Shown piece after piece: positions 15,028-24,475 of a DNA stretch of 40,503 nucleotides. The position numbers and the translations under genes were made by a program. Below the pieces are notes generated by a model, which saw only the letters and a list, made by a program, of their open reading frames with translations, had not been told where the DNA came from and ran no database searches. How positions within the stretch are numbered: position 1 is the first letter of the stretch; every line of letters starts with the position of its first letter. Origin of the DNA: Candidatus Omnitrophota bacterium (GTDB taxonomy: Bacteria > Omnitrophota > Gorgyraeia > Gygaellales > JAMWCP01); NCBI GenBank assembly GCA_023819665.1, contig JAMWCP010000003.1, positions 1 to 40,503 of the forward strand, written 5' to 3'.

Positions 15028-16300
15028 ATTTTTTACTGTTGGTTGTAAAGTAAATCAATACGATACCCAACTTTTACGTGAACAGGTTTTATCATGTGCA
15101 GATTTTAAAGAAGTAAATGATTTTTTACCCGCCGATATTTATATAATTAATACATGCACTGTCACTCACAAAGCGGATACAGATTCGTTTTATTTGATCC
15201 GTAAGGTAAAAAAAGAAAATCCCAGAGCAAAAGTTGTGGTTACAGGGTGTCTTGCAGAGCTAGAGGAAGATGTAAAAAGAATTAGAGATGTTGAGAGGAT
15301 AGATTTAATTGTTAAAAATAGAGATAAATTTAAAATTCCATTTTTACTGAACTCTTTTATCTCTAATTCTTCTTTTATCCATAGTTCCTGTAGAGGTATT
15401 TCGTACTTTAAGTCTCATACGCGTGCTTTTTTAAAAGTTCAGGAAGGATGTGATAATTTCTGTAGTTATTGTAAAGTGCCTCGAGTTAGAGGTAGATCAA
15501 GAAGTAAAAATCCTCAAGATATACTTGAAGAATTTAAGAGGTTAATTAAAAATGGTTATAAGGAGATAGTACTCTGTGGTGTATGCTTAGGCAGTTATGG
15601 TAAAGATATCGAACCATCTTTAGAGTTAATTGATCTTTTGGTGATACTAGATAATCTGGGAGGTGATTTTCGTATCCGTTTAAGCTCTATTGAGGCTTGG
15701 GATATAACAGAGAGATTTATTCAAAATATAGATAAGATTAAAAAACTCTGTCCACATCTACATATACCTATACAGAGCGGCGATAGAGATATCATTTTTC
15801 TGATGAATAGACCGATAGATCCAACAGGATACTTAGAAATAATCCAGAGATTAAGAGAAAGGATACCCTCATTAGTGATTACTACTGATGTTATGGTGGG
15901 TTTTCCACAAGAAAAAGAAAAAAATTTTTTAAATACCGTAGAGATAATTAGAAAGATAAGACCGCTTAAGGTTCATATCTTTAGTTTTAGTGCTCGAAAG
16001 GACACTGCAGCTTATTTCTTGAAAGAGAAGATTCCGTCTTGGCAGATAAGAAACAGAGTGGCTTTTCTTAAAAAACTTACCGCTGAGATTTCATTTGAGG
16101 TTAAAAAGAGTTTTTTAGGAAAGACTGGTTCTGTACTTTTTGAACAAGAGATTAAGGAATCTACTAATCGGTGGTGGTATGGCCTTTCTGAGCATTATTT
16201 AAAAGTGAAAGTAAATTCTTTTGAAGAGCTAAAGAATAGATTTAAGAAAACAGAGCTTTGTTCATTGGATGAGGGTTATATAATTGGTGTAGTTCAATAG
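15014..16300 (+). CDS. mtaB: tRNA t6A37 methylthiotransferase (radical SAM)
   Basis: TVGCKVNQYD, INTCTVT, RAFLKVQEGCDNFCSYC, RIRLSSIE; ATG 15014 preferred. Confidence 0.93.
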   Translation: MFKVKFFTVGCKVNQYDTQLLREQVLSCADFKEVNDFLPADIYIINTCTVTHKADTDSFYLIRKVKKENPRAKVVVTGCLAELEEDVKRIRDVERIDLIVKNRDKFKIPFLLNSFISNSSFIHSSCRGISYFKSHTRAFLKVQEGCDNFCSYCKVPRVRGRSRSKNPQDILEEFKRLIKNGYKEIVLCGVCLGSYGKDIEPSLELIDLLVILDNLGGDFRIRLSSIEAWDITERFIQNIDKIKKLCPHLHIPIQSGDRDIIFLMNRPIDPTGYLEIIQRLRERIPSLVITTDVMVGFPQEKEKNFLNTVEIIRKIRPLKVHIFSFSARKDTAAYFLKEKIPSWQIRNRVAFLKKLTAEISFEVKKSFLGKTGSVLFEQEIKESTNRWWYGLSEHYLKVKVNSFEELKNRFKKTELCSLDEGYIIGVVQ

Positions 16301-16329
16301 AAGAGGATATAGAAGATAAAAACTATACT

Positions 16330-16358
16330 TTGACTTTTTTAAAAGAGGATGTTATATT
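16330..16358 (+). promoter_or_regulatory. Sigma70-type promoter for gatCAB
   Basis: TTGACT (16330-16335), 17-nt spacer, TATATT (16353-16358) with TGn extension. Confidence 0.6.
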
Positions 16359-16372
16359 ATTAAAAGTTTAAT

Positions 16373-16675
16373 ATGATTAGCAAAGATAAGTCTATAGATA
16401 TTAAAACTGTTAATTATATTGCAGACCTCGCCAGAATAGCATTGTCCCAAGAAGAAGCTGAGATTCTGTCGCATCAGCTTAAAGAAATCTTGGATTTTAT
16501 TGATAGATTAAAAGAGATCAATATTGAAGATATGCCGGCTACTACTCATATTCTTGAGGTTAAAAATGTTTTGAGAGAAGATATCCTCCGTCCTTCGATT
16601 TCATCAGCTAAAGTCTTGGATATGGCTCCACTTAAAAAAGATAATTTTTTTGTGGTTCCCAAAATAATTGAATAG
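16373..16675 (+). CDS. gatC: Asp/Glu-tRNA amidotransferase subunit C
   Basis: YIADLARI, NVLRED, FFVVPKII. Confidence 0.96.
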   Translation: MISKDKSIDIKTVNYIADLARIALSQEEAEILSHQLKEILDFIDRLKEINIEDMPATTHILEVKNVLREDILRPSISSAKVLDMAPLKKDNFFVVPKIIE

Positions 16676-16683
16676 AGTTAAGT

Positions 16684-18123
16684 ATGGAATTAAATAAACT
16701 TACTGCTCATCAGCTTCTAGGGTTACTTAAGGAAGGCGTGATAAAATCTTCGGATGTTATACTTGCTTTGAAGGAGAGAATAGATGTTATTGATTCTCAA
16801 ATAAATGCCTATGTAAGAAAAAACGAAAAGATAGAGTTGTCTTATGTGCAAAATGGACCTTTACAGGGCTTACCGGTTGCCGTAAAAGACAATATTTGTA
16901 CCTTAGATCTAAATACTGAATGCTGCTCGAAAATTTTAGAAGGATTTAAGCCGCCTTACGATGCTACAGTGATTAGCAAATTGAAATCCCAAGGCGCTTA
17001 TATCTTCCCTTTAAAGACAAATATGGATGAGTTCGCTTTTGGTTCTTCATGTGAGAATTCATGTTTTGGTCCGGCGCATAACCCCTGGAATTTAGAGTAT
17101 GTCTGCGGAGGTTCTTCTGGCGGTTCAGCAGCAGCGGTAGCCGCAGATGAAGCAATCTTTGCTTTAGGAACAGATACTGGAGGTTCAATCAGGCAACCTG
17201 CTTCTTTTTGTGGAGTAGTGGGGTTAAAACCCACTTATGGAAGGGTTTCGCGTTATGGTTTGATTGCTTTTGCTTCCTCTTTGGATGTAATTGGACCGAT
17301 CACTAAGGATGTTTATGATTCTGCGCTAATTTTGAGTATTATTTCAGGTTACGATCCATACGACTCTACGTGTGTTAATCTTAGCGTACCGGATTTCACT
17401 CAAAATTTATCTAAAGATATAAAAGGGATAAAGATAGCTCTGCCTAAAGAATATTTTATTGAAGGATTAGACAAGGATGTTGAACAGAATATAAAAGAGG
17501 CTATTGAGGTCTTAAAGAAATTAGGAGCGAGTTTCACAGAGGTTTCTTTACCCCACACTAAATATGCGGTTGCCACTTACTATATTATTGCTACTGCTGA
17601 GGCAAGTTCAAACTTGGCACGTTTTGATGGGGTACAGTATGGTTTAAGAATAAATTCTTTTGAAGGAGATTCATCTTTATTACAGATGTACAAGACGACG
17701 CGGGCTAAAGGATTTGGAGAGGAAGCGAAGCGTCGAATTATTTTAGGAACTTTTGCATTGGCACACGGTTATTATGAAGCATACTATTTGAGAGCTCAAA
17801 AGGTAAGAACCCTTATAAAGAAAGACTTCGAGGAAGTTTTTAAAGAGTTTGATTGTATTCTTACACCTACTTCCCCTACGGCGGCATTTAAAATAGGAGA
17901 AAAGATAAGAGAGCCTTTGAAGATGTATCTTTCCGATATATTTACTATTAGTGCAAATTTGGCAGGGATCCCTGCTATCTCTGTCCCTTGTGGATTTACT
18001 AAAAAAGGATTACCGGTGGGATTGCAGTTTTTGGCAGGATATTTCAGAGAGGATATGCTTCTACAAGTCGCTTATAATTATGAGCAGAATACTATTTGGC
18101 ATAAGATGAAACCAAAGATATAA
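16684..18123 (+). CDS. gatA: Asp/Glu-tRNA amidotransferase subunit A
   Basis: KTNMDEFAFGSS, GGSSGGSAAAV, GTDTGGSIRQPA, SSNLARFDG. Confidence 0.98.
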   Translation: MELNKLTAHQLLGLLKEGVIKSSDVILALKERIDVIDSQINAYVRKNEKIELSYVQNGPLQGLPVAVKDNICTLDLNTECCSKILEGFKPPYDATVISKLKSQGAYIFPLKTNMDEFAFGSSCENSCFGPAHNPWNLEYVCGGSSGGSAAAVAADEAIFALGTDTGGSIRQPASFCGVVGLKPTYGRVSRYGLIAFASSLDVIGPITKDVYDSALILSIISGYDPYDSTCVNLSVPDFTQNLSKDIKGIKIALPKEYFIEGLDKDVEQNIKEAIEVLKKLGASFTEVSLPHTKYAVATYYIIATAEASSNLARFDGVQYGLRINSFEGDSSLLQMYKTTRAKGFGEEAKRRIILGTFALAHGYYEAYYLRAQKVRTLIKKDFEEVFKEFDCILTPTSPTAAFKIGEKIREPLKMYLSDIFTISANLAGIPAISVPCGFTKKGLPVGLQFLAGYFREDMLLQVAYNYEQNTIWHKMKPKI

Positions 18124-18171
18124 AAGTTATTTCAAATTTAAATTTTTTTAAAATTCATTATTGAACTTAGA

Positions 18172-19605
18172 ATGGAATACGACGTCGTTATTGGTTTAGA
18201 GACACATGTCCAACTAAAAACAAAAACCAAGGCATTCTGTAGTTGTTCTACTGAATTTGGACAGGTGCCTAATACTAGCATTTGTCCAGTTTGCTTGGGG
18301 TTGCCGGGAAGTTTGCCGGTATTGAATAAGCTGGCGTTAGAATTTGCAGTTAAGACTGCTTTGGCGCTTAACTGTCGGATTCAGAGATACTTTCGTTTTG
18401 ATCGTAAAAACTATTTTTATCCGGATTTACCTAAAAATTATCAAATTTCTCAATATGATTTACCTGTGGCTTTGCAAGGTTTTTTAGAGATTGAGCCTCA
18501 AGAGGGAGTAAGGAAATGTATTGAGATAAAGAGGATTCATTTAGAAGAAGATGCAGGAAAGTTAATTCATACTGAAGGTTATTCTTTGATTGATTTTAAT
18601 CGTGCAGGAATTCCTCTTTTAGAAATTGTAAGCGAACCACAAATAAATTCTCCAGAAGAAGCATATGAGTATCTTTTGAGTTTAAAAGAAATTTTGCGTT
18701 ACTTAGAGGTATCGGATTGTGATATGGAAAAAGGGTCTTTGCGTTGTGATGCTAATATCTCCTTAAAAAAAAGAGATCACTTTCAGTTAGGAGCTAAGAT
18801 AGAGCTTAAGAATATGAATTCATTTAAAGCGGTAAAAGATGCACTTGCTTACGAGATTGAACGACAGAGTAAATTATTAGATAAAGGTAGAATATTAACC
18901 CAAGAGACTCGTCTATGGGATGCAAAGGAGGTGAGGACAGTTTCTATGCGTACAAAGGAATCTGCACCAGATTATCGTTATTTTCCCGAACCCGATCTTC
19001 TACCTTTTGTTTTAGAAGATTCTTATATAGAAAAGATAAAAGAGTCTTTACCGGAGTTACCTTATTACAAAAAACATAGATTCATCGAGACATATGGATT
19101 ATCTTTCAATGAGGCAAGGTTTATTGTTTCAGAGAAAAAATTAGCAGATTATTTTGAGTTATGTGTAAATTTGTTTCCTTTTCCAAAAATAATATATAAT
19201 TGGATTGTTGGTCCGTTGATGGGAGAACTTAACGAACGAAAGATAAGCATAGAAGATATAAATATCTTACCACAAGACTTTGTTTGTCTGATTAAAGATG
19301 TAGAATCAGATAAGATAAATAGTCTTAAAGCAAAAGAGGTGTTAAAGAAAATTCTTGATACAGCTAAATCCTATGCGGAAGTTATCAAAGAAGAGTCGGT
19401 TATTATGATCTCTGATAGTAATATTTTAAAAGGAGTAGTTCAGAAGGTGTTAGATGAGAATCCTAAATCAGTTTCGGATTATAAATCAGGAAAGACCAAT
19501 GCCTTGATGTTTTTAGTAGGACAGGTAATGAAGAAGACGCAGAATAACGCGGATCCTAAGATTGTCCAGAAATTACTTAAAGAACTTTTGGATGGTAGTG
19601 TTTGA
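18172..19605 (+). CDS. gatB: Asp/Glu-tRNA amidotransferase subunit B
   Basis: VIGLETHVQL, RKNYFYPDLPKNYQISQ, HLEEDAGK, YRYFPEPDL. Confidence 0.98.
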   Translation: MEYDVVIGLETHVQLKTKTKAFCSCSTEFGQVPNTSICPVCLGLPGSLPVLNKLALEFAVKTALALNCRIQRYFRFDRKNYFYPDLPKNYQISQYDLPVALQGFLEIEPQEGVRKCIEIKRIHLEEDAGKLIHTEGYSLIDFNRAGIPLLEIVSEPQINSPEEAYEYLLSLKEILRYLEVSDCDMEKGSLRCDANISLKKRDHFQLGAKIELKNMNSFKAVKDALAYEIERQSKLLDKGRILTQETRLWDAKEVRTVSMRTKESAPDYRYFPEPDLLPFVLEDSYIEKIKESLPELPYYKKHRFIETYGLSFNEARFIVSEKKLADYFELCVNLFPFPKIIYNWIVGPLMGELNERKISIEDINILPQDFVCLIKDVESDKINSLKAKEVLKKILDTAKSYAEVIKEESVIMISDSNILKGVVQKVLDENPKSVSDYKSGKTNALMFLVGQVMKKTQNNADPKIVQKLLKELLDGSV

Positions 19606-19615
19606 AAAAGATAAG

Positions 19616-20884
19616 ATGAAAAAAATAAACCGTATATTTTTTATATTAGTTTTTATCTCAATTTTAATTTGGATTAGAAATTCGTTTTCGGCATCCACCT
19701 TGGAGCGCAAAAAGAAAGAAGAGCTTTACCGTGAGATTGAAATTTTTTCTTCGGCTTTGGGTATTATAGAAAGTGATTATGTAGAAGAGGTTTCATATAG
19801 GGATCTTATCTACGGAGCATTAAAAGGAATGCTTTCTAGTCTTGATGCGCATAGTCAGTTTCTTGATCCGGAGAGTTATAAAGAGTTGAAAATGGAGACA
19901 GAGGGAAGGTTTGGAGGTTTAGGGATGGAGATAACTATAAAAGATGGTCTTTTGACTGTAGTTTCACCTATCGAAGATACACCCGCTTGGAAAGCAGGAA
20001 TAAAACCCGCTGACCGTATTGTTAAGATCAACGGTCAGTCCACACGTAATATTACTTTAGATGAAGCGGTAAAAAAGTTAAGAGGAAAGCCGGGTACAGA
20101 GGTATATCTTACTATTTTAAGAGAATCAGTGGGTAAGGTTTTAGATTTTAAATTAACGCGTGATATTATAAAACTGCAGGATATTAAAGAAGCCAAAATT
20201 TTGGAAGACAAAATCGGCTATATTCGGATAGTAGAATTTAGAGAGAATACTTATCTTCAGTTAGAACAGGCCTTGAAGCGCCTAAAAGAAGAAGGGGTGT
20301 CTGCTTTAATATTAGACCTTCGGAACAATCCGGGAGGATTATTGGATAGCGCAGTAAAGATTGCAGGAAAATTTATTGAAAGAAAAAAACTCATTGTTTC
20401 TACTAAAGGTAAAAAAGAAAATCAAAGTATAGATTTCTTTTCTGAAGAAAACGATCCTATTTTGGATATACCTATGGTAATATTGGTAAATAAAGGTTCC
20501 GCTTCTGGCTCAGAGATTGTAGCTTCTGCTCTCCAGGATTATAATAGAGCAATTATTTTAGGAGAGAAGACTTTTGGGAAAGGTTCGGTGCAGACAATCT
20601 TTCCCTTATCCGATGGTTCTGCTTTAAAACTTACTACCAGTAAGTATTTTACTCCTAAAGGTAGACTTATTCATAATGAAGGAGTGATGCCGGATATTGT
20701 AGTACAACAGAAAGAATTAAATTCTGAATCTGTAAATGATAAACCTCTGGATATATTTGACCAATTAGAGGATAAAAAAGATGCTCCTTCTTTGACGCAG
20801 CCCTTAGATTATAAAGATGACTTACAGCTTCAACGCGCGGTAGATCTTTTAAAAGCAATTCAGATTTACCAACATAAAAAATAG
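19616..20884 (+). CDS. ctpA: S41 family carboxyl-terminal processing protease
   Basis: PDZ (FGGLGMEI), LDLRNNPGGLL, GSASGSEIV, TFGKGSVQ; ATG 19616 gives a signal/TM start. Confidence 0.94.
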   Translation: MKKINRIFFILVFISILIWIRNSFSASTLERKKKEELYREIEIFSSALGIIESDYVEEVSYRDLIYGALKGMLSSLDAHSQFLDPESYKELKMETEGRFGGLGMEITIKDGLLTVVSPIEDTPAWKAGIKPADRIVKINGQSTRNITLDEAVKKLRGKPGTEVYLTILRESVGKVLDFKLTRDIIKLQDIKEAKILEDKIGYIRIVEFRENTYLQLEQALKRLKEEGVSALILDLRNNPGGLLDSAVKIAGKFIERKKLIVSTKGKKENQSIDFFSEENDPILDIPMVILVNKGSASGSEIVASALQDYNRAIILGEKTFGKGSVQTIFPLSDGSALKLTTSKYFTPKGRLIHNEGVMPDIVVQQKELNSESVNDKPLDIFDQLEDKKDAPSLTQPLDYKDDLQLQRAVDLLKAIQIYQHKK

Positions 20885-20888
20885 AAAT

Positions 20889-21677
20889 ATGAGGAATTTA
20901 ATAAGATATAGGATAGTTGGGAGTATTTTGTTGTTGATTATTTTTATTCAGGCAGGATTTATCTGGAGATTCTTTTTTAAAAAAAGACTGATAGGGCGGT
21001 TTCCTGTAATAAAAGGGGAAATAGTAATTGTTTTAGATGATTGGGGATATAATCTAGATAATTTAGAAATATTAAAAGAAATACCTCAACCTTTAGTATT
21101 GGCTATTTTACCTCATCTGGAATATTCTCGAGAGATTTCAGATTTTGCTAAATCAATCGGTAAAGAAGTAATTTTGCATCTTCCTCTGGAGCCCAAAAAG
21201 AGCAGCGATTATTTGGGCTGGGAAAAATTTACTATCACTGTTAATATGGGTGAAGAAGAGATAAAAAGGATTGTTTCTAAAGCCATAATTAATTTAGGAG
21301 AAGTAAAAGGTGTTTCCAATCATATGGGTTCACGTGCTACAGAACACGAAAAAACAATGAACGTAATCTTTAAGGAAATTAAGAAGAGAGGGTTTTATTT
21401 TTTGGATAACCGTGTTAGTGGTGGTTCTATTTGTAGATATTTATCAAAGAAGCTCTCCTTAAAATTTATCAGTAGAGATATTTTTTTAGATAACGAAAAG
21501 AGGATTGATTATATAAAAACTCAACTGAATAAATTGAAAATTATAGCTTTAAACAAAGGCCACGCAGTAGGAGTGGGACATAATCGTCCTTTAACGCTTA
21601 AGATCTTGAAAGAAGAACTTCCTAAAATAGAAAAAGAGGGATTTAAGTTTGTTTTTTTATCAGAATTAATTAAATAA
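20889..21677 (+). CDS. Divergent polysaccharide deacetylase (YibQ family)
   Basis: IVLDDWG, LHLPLEP, NHMGS, RDIFLDN, VGVGH; N-terminal TM; usual position after ctpA. Confidence 0.92.
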   Translation: MRNLIRYRIVGSILLLIIFIQAGFIWRFFFKKRLIGRFPVIKGEIVIVLDDWGYNLDNLEILKEIPQPLVLAILPHLEYSREISDFAKSIGKEVILHLPLEPKKSSDYLGWEKFTITVNMGEEEIKRIVSKAIINLGEVKGVSNHMGSRATEHEKTMNVIFKEIKKRGFYFLDNRVSGGSICRYLSKKLSLKFISRDIFLDNEKRIDYIKTQLNKLKIIALNKGHAVGVGHNRPLTLKILKEELPKIEKEGFKFVFLSELIK

Positions 21678-21679
21678 AG

Positions 21680-22702
21680 ATGAATATATTAGGGATCGAA
21701 ACATCCTGTGATGAAACCTCCCTTTCTCTGATAAAAGATGGAGAAAAAATTTTAAATCAACAGACTTCTTCTAGTTTAAGATATCACCGTAAGTACGGCG
21801 GAGTGGTTCCTGAGATTGCTTCCCGTATGCATTTAGAGGTAATTGGTTTTTTGTTTGAAGTTTTATGGAAGCAAAGTGGATTGACTCCTAAAGATATAAA
21901 TTTAGTAGCAGTGACTACCGGTCCCGGTCTTTTGGGATCTTTATTGGTAGGGGTATGTTTTGCTAAAGCCATTTCTTACGCTTTAGATGTTTCTTTGGTA
22001 GGAGTAAATCATCTTCACGGACATCTCTATGCAGTTTTTTTAGGTGAGGAGCGTAAAAAGATAAAATTCCCATTTATAGGTTTAGTAGTTTCAGGGGGAC
22101 ATACGTGTTTATTTTATGTAAGGGATTTTTTGGAACCGTACTTATTGGGCTCTACTCTTGATGATGCATGTGGAGAAGTTTTAGATAAAGTTGCCCGTGT
22201 TCTCAACTTAGGCTATCCCGGTGGTCCAATTATTGAAAGATTAGCTAGGAAAGGTAACCCTAAGGGTATTCATTTTAATCCCATCAAAACAAAAAATCCA
22301 TTGGATTTTAGTTTCAGTGGGGTAAAAACCGCTGTGCTTTATTATTTGAAGCAGAGAGGATATAAAATAGATTCTCTTAGTAAAAGCATAAAAGTTCCTT
22401 TAGGATTAATTAGAGATATCTGTGCTTCTTTTCAGGAAGTTGTTTTTGATTCTTTGATAGAAAAATCTTTACTTGCTTGTAAACTTAAAAAAGTAGATAC
22501 TGTGGTAGTAGGCGGAGGGGTAGCAATAAATAATCGGCTAAGAGAGAAATTTTTTATTTCTGCAAAAAAAGAAAAAATAAAAGTTTATTTTTCTCCTCCT
22601 CAATTATGTTTAGATAACGCTAGTATGATTGCAGGTTTAGGGTATATATTATTTAAATTTGGTAAGAGAGATAGTTTTACTTTAAAGATACACACTGATT
22701 AA
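21680..22702 (+). CDS. tsaD: tRNA N6-adenosine threonylcarbamoyltransferase
   Basis: ILGIETSCDET, GGVVPEIASRMH, NHLHGH, VSGGHT, FSFSGVKT, DNASMIA. Confidence 0.97.
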   Translation: MNILGIETSCDETSLSLIKDGEKILNQQTSSSLRYHRKYGGVVPEIASRMHLEVIGFLFEVLWKQSGLTPKDINLVAVTTGPGLLGSLLVGVCFAKAISYALDVSLVGVNHLHGHLYAVFLGEERKKIKFPFIGLVVSGGHTCLFYVRDFLEPYLLGSTLDDACGEVLDKVARVLNLGYPGGPIIERLARKGNPKGIHFNPIKTKNPLDFSFSGVKTAVLYYLKQRGYKIDSLSKSIKVPLGLIRDICASFQEVVFDSLIEKSLLACKLKKVDTVVVGGGVAINNRLREKFFISAKKEKIKVYFSPPQLCLDNASMIAGLGYILFKFGKRDSFTLKIHTD

Positions 22703-22716
22703 AAGGGAGGTTAACA

Positions 22717-23166
22717 ATGTCAGATAGATTAGTTTTTTTAAGGCTCCTTATTTCTTTATTATTAGGTGGTCTTGTAGGATTAGAACGTCAGTTCCATCGG
22801 AGAACCGCAGGATTGCGTACCCATATATTGGTCTGTATGGGGTCGTGTCTTATTATGTTGACATCTCTTTATGTTTTTGATATATATAAAGAAAAAGTTA
22901 ATTTAGATCCCGCCAGAATCGCCGCGGGGGTAATTACCGGGATTGGGTTTTTGGGTGCAGGAACAATTATAAGAGCGGGAGAGGCAGTAAAAGGACTTAC
23001 TACCGCTGCTAGTTTATGGTTGGTAGCAGGAATTGGTTTAGCGGTAGGTTGTGGTTTTTATAGTGCGAGTATTTTTGTTACCGTTTTAGGATTAATTACT
23101 CTTTTTTTCTTAAGGTACATAGAGAATCTCTTTTTTGATTCTAAAATAGATAGGTCTGAAAAATAA
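22717..23166 (+). CDS. MgtC/SapB family membrane protein (short form, no C-terminal domain)
   Basis: GLER, AGLRTHILV, DPARIAAGVITGIGFLGAG, GLTTAASLW. Confidence 0.93.
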   Translation: MSDRLVFLRLLISLLLGGLVGLERQFHRRTAGLRTHILVCMGSCLIMLTSLYVFDIYKEKVNLDPARIAAGVITGIGFLGAGTIIRAGEAVKGLTTAASLWLVAGIGLAVGCGFYSASIFVTVLGLITLFFLRYIENLFFDSKIDRSEK

Positions 23167-23192
23167 ATTAAACTTGTAGGAAGGAGGTGAGT

Positions 23193-23693
23193 ATGGCTTT
23201 AGTCAAGAAACCGCAAGAAAAAATTTTAGACGTAGATGCTTTTCTTCAGGGAAATCTGTCTTTTAAAGAACCCGTTAATTTAAAAATAAATGGGAGATTT
23301 GAGGGGAATTTAGAGACTAAAGGAAACCTTACTATTGGTACCTCAGCGGTAGTAAATGCAGAAATTATCGGAGAAAATATTATTATTGCAGGAAAAGTTA
23401 AAGGTAAGATAGTGGCTAACCATTTGCTTACTCTTTTGCCCACTGCGGTAGTAGAAGGAGAGATTTTCCCGGCGCGTTTAAATGTAGCGGAAGGAGCAAT
23501 CTTTGAAGGAAGTTGTAGAATGTTACAGGATGTATTTAATGTGGAAGAATTAGCACGTTATCTGGAATTGGATACAACCAGTATTTTAGAACTGGCAAAT
23601 GCAGGTAAAATTCCTGCTTTCAAAGATGGTGAGGAATGGAAATTTGAACGCCGAGCCATAGATAATTGGCTTGTTTCAAATAGATTGAAATAG
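23193..23693 (+). CDS. Bactofilin (polymer-forming cytoskeletal protein) fused to a C-terminal HTH_17 domain
   Basis: Beta-helix repeats LKINGRFEGNL, LTIGTSAVVNAEI, IAGKVKGKI, AVVEGEI, VAEGAIFEGSCRM; then FNVEELARYL...GKIPAFK...WKFERRAIDNWL; SD AAGGAGG favours ATG 23193. Confidence 0.92.
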   Translation: MALVKKPQEKILDVDAFLQGNLSFKEPVNLKINGRFEGNLETKGNLTIGTSAVVNAEIIGENIIIAGKVKGKIVANHLLTLLPTAVVEGEIFPARLNVAEGAIFEGSCRMLQDVFNVEELARYLELDTTSILELANAGKIPAFKDGEEWKFERRAIDNWLVSNRLK

Positions 23694-23697
23694 GAGT

Positions 23698-24006
23698 ATG
23701 CCCCAAGAAAAATTACTTACAGTAAGAGAGGTTTCTATTTTGCTTCATCTTACCGAGAAAGAGGTATTGGATTTAGTAGAGAAAGGACAAATCCCTGCTT
23801 ATAAAGTAGCAGGGATATATTTAAGGTTTAGACGCAATGATATAGAGGAATTTAAAAAAGAGAGATTAAAGTCAGGTGAGTTGTCCCCTCAATCTAAAAT
23901 AACTTTAAAGGAAAAAATATATGATTTTTTATATTTTAATGATTTCTATATCTTTTCCCTTTTTTTGATTATCTGGTTAATTGTTATAATTATTAAGAGT
24001 CAATAG
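23698..24006 (+). CDS. HTH_17 domain protein with a C-terminal transmembrane anchor
   Basis: LLTVREVSILL...GQIPAYKVAGIYLRFRRNDIE; C-terminal FYIFSLFLIIWLIVIII. Confidence 0.88.
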   Translation: MPQEKLLTVREVSILLHLTEKEVLDLVEKGQIPAYKVAGIYLRFRRNDIEEFKKERLKSGELSPQSKITLKEKIYDFLYFNDFYIFSLFLIIWLIVIIIKSQ

Positions 24007-24039
24007 AAGGATAGTTTGGGGTTGATCAGGATAGATAAA

Positions 24040-24462
24040 ATGAGAAGTATTAAGATAGAAGAGGCTGTTCGTTTTCATGGACATTTAGGCCCATGGTTGA
24101 TAATGGGGATTTTGGCAGGGGAATTCGCTTTAAAGAGATTGAAGGCAGAAAAATATTTTGGATTAGATGTTAAAGTCAGCGGAGCAAATGATAAGCCTCG
24201 TTCTTGTATTATTGATGGTTTACAGCTTTCTTCAGGGGCAACTTATGGAAAGGGGAATATTAAAAAGTTAAGTAATCATTCTAAAATTGAAATTATTTTT
24301 GTAAATAAAAAAAATAATAAAAAATTAATCTTGATACCAAAAGAGAAAATAGTTAAAGAATTAGATAGGATAACTTCTCATAGAGAGTCGGAAGAAATAG
24401 CGAAAAATTTGTATAAGAAAGATTGCCTACAAATTTTTGACTTAATCTACCATAATTTATAA
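24040..24462 (+). CDS. FmdE/FwdE (formylmethanofuran dehydrogenase subunit E) family protein
   Basis: FHGHLGPWLIMG, SCIIDGLQLSSGATYGKGNI; ATG 24040 preferred. Confidence 0.9.
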   Translation: MRSIKIEEAVRFHGHLGPWLIMGILAGEFALKRLKAEKYFGLDVKVSGANDKPRSCIIDGLQLSSGATYGKGNIKKLSNHSKIEIIFVNKKNNKKLILIPKEKIVKELDRITSHRESEEIAKNLYKKDCLQIFDLIYHNL

Positions 24463-24475
24463 TCGGAGTACCGAT

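Noticed and set aside
15014-16300. Radical SAM gene as the AmrS partner of the AmmeMemoRadiSam fusion
   Set aside because: It has the UPF0004 domain and MtaB motifs, and the usual rsmE-mtaB linkage
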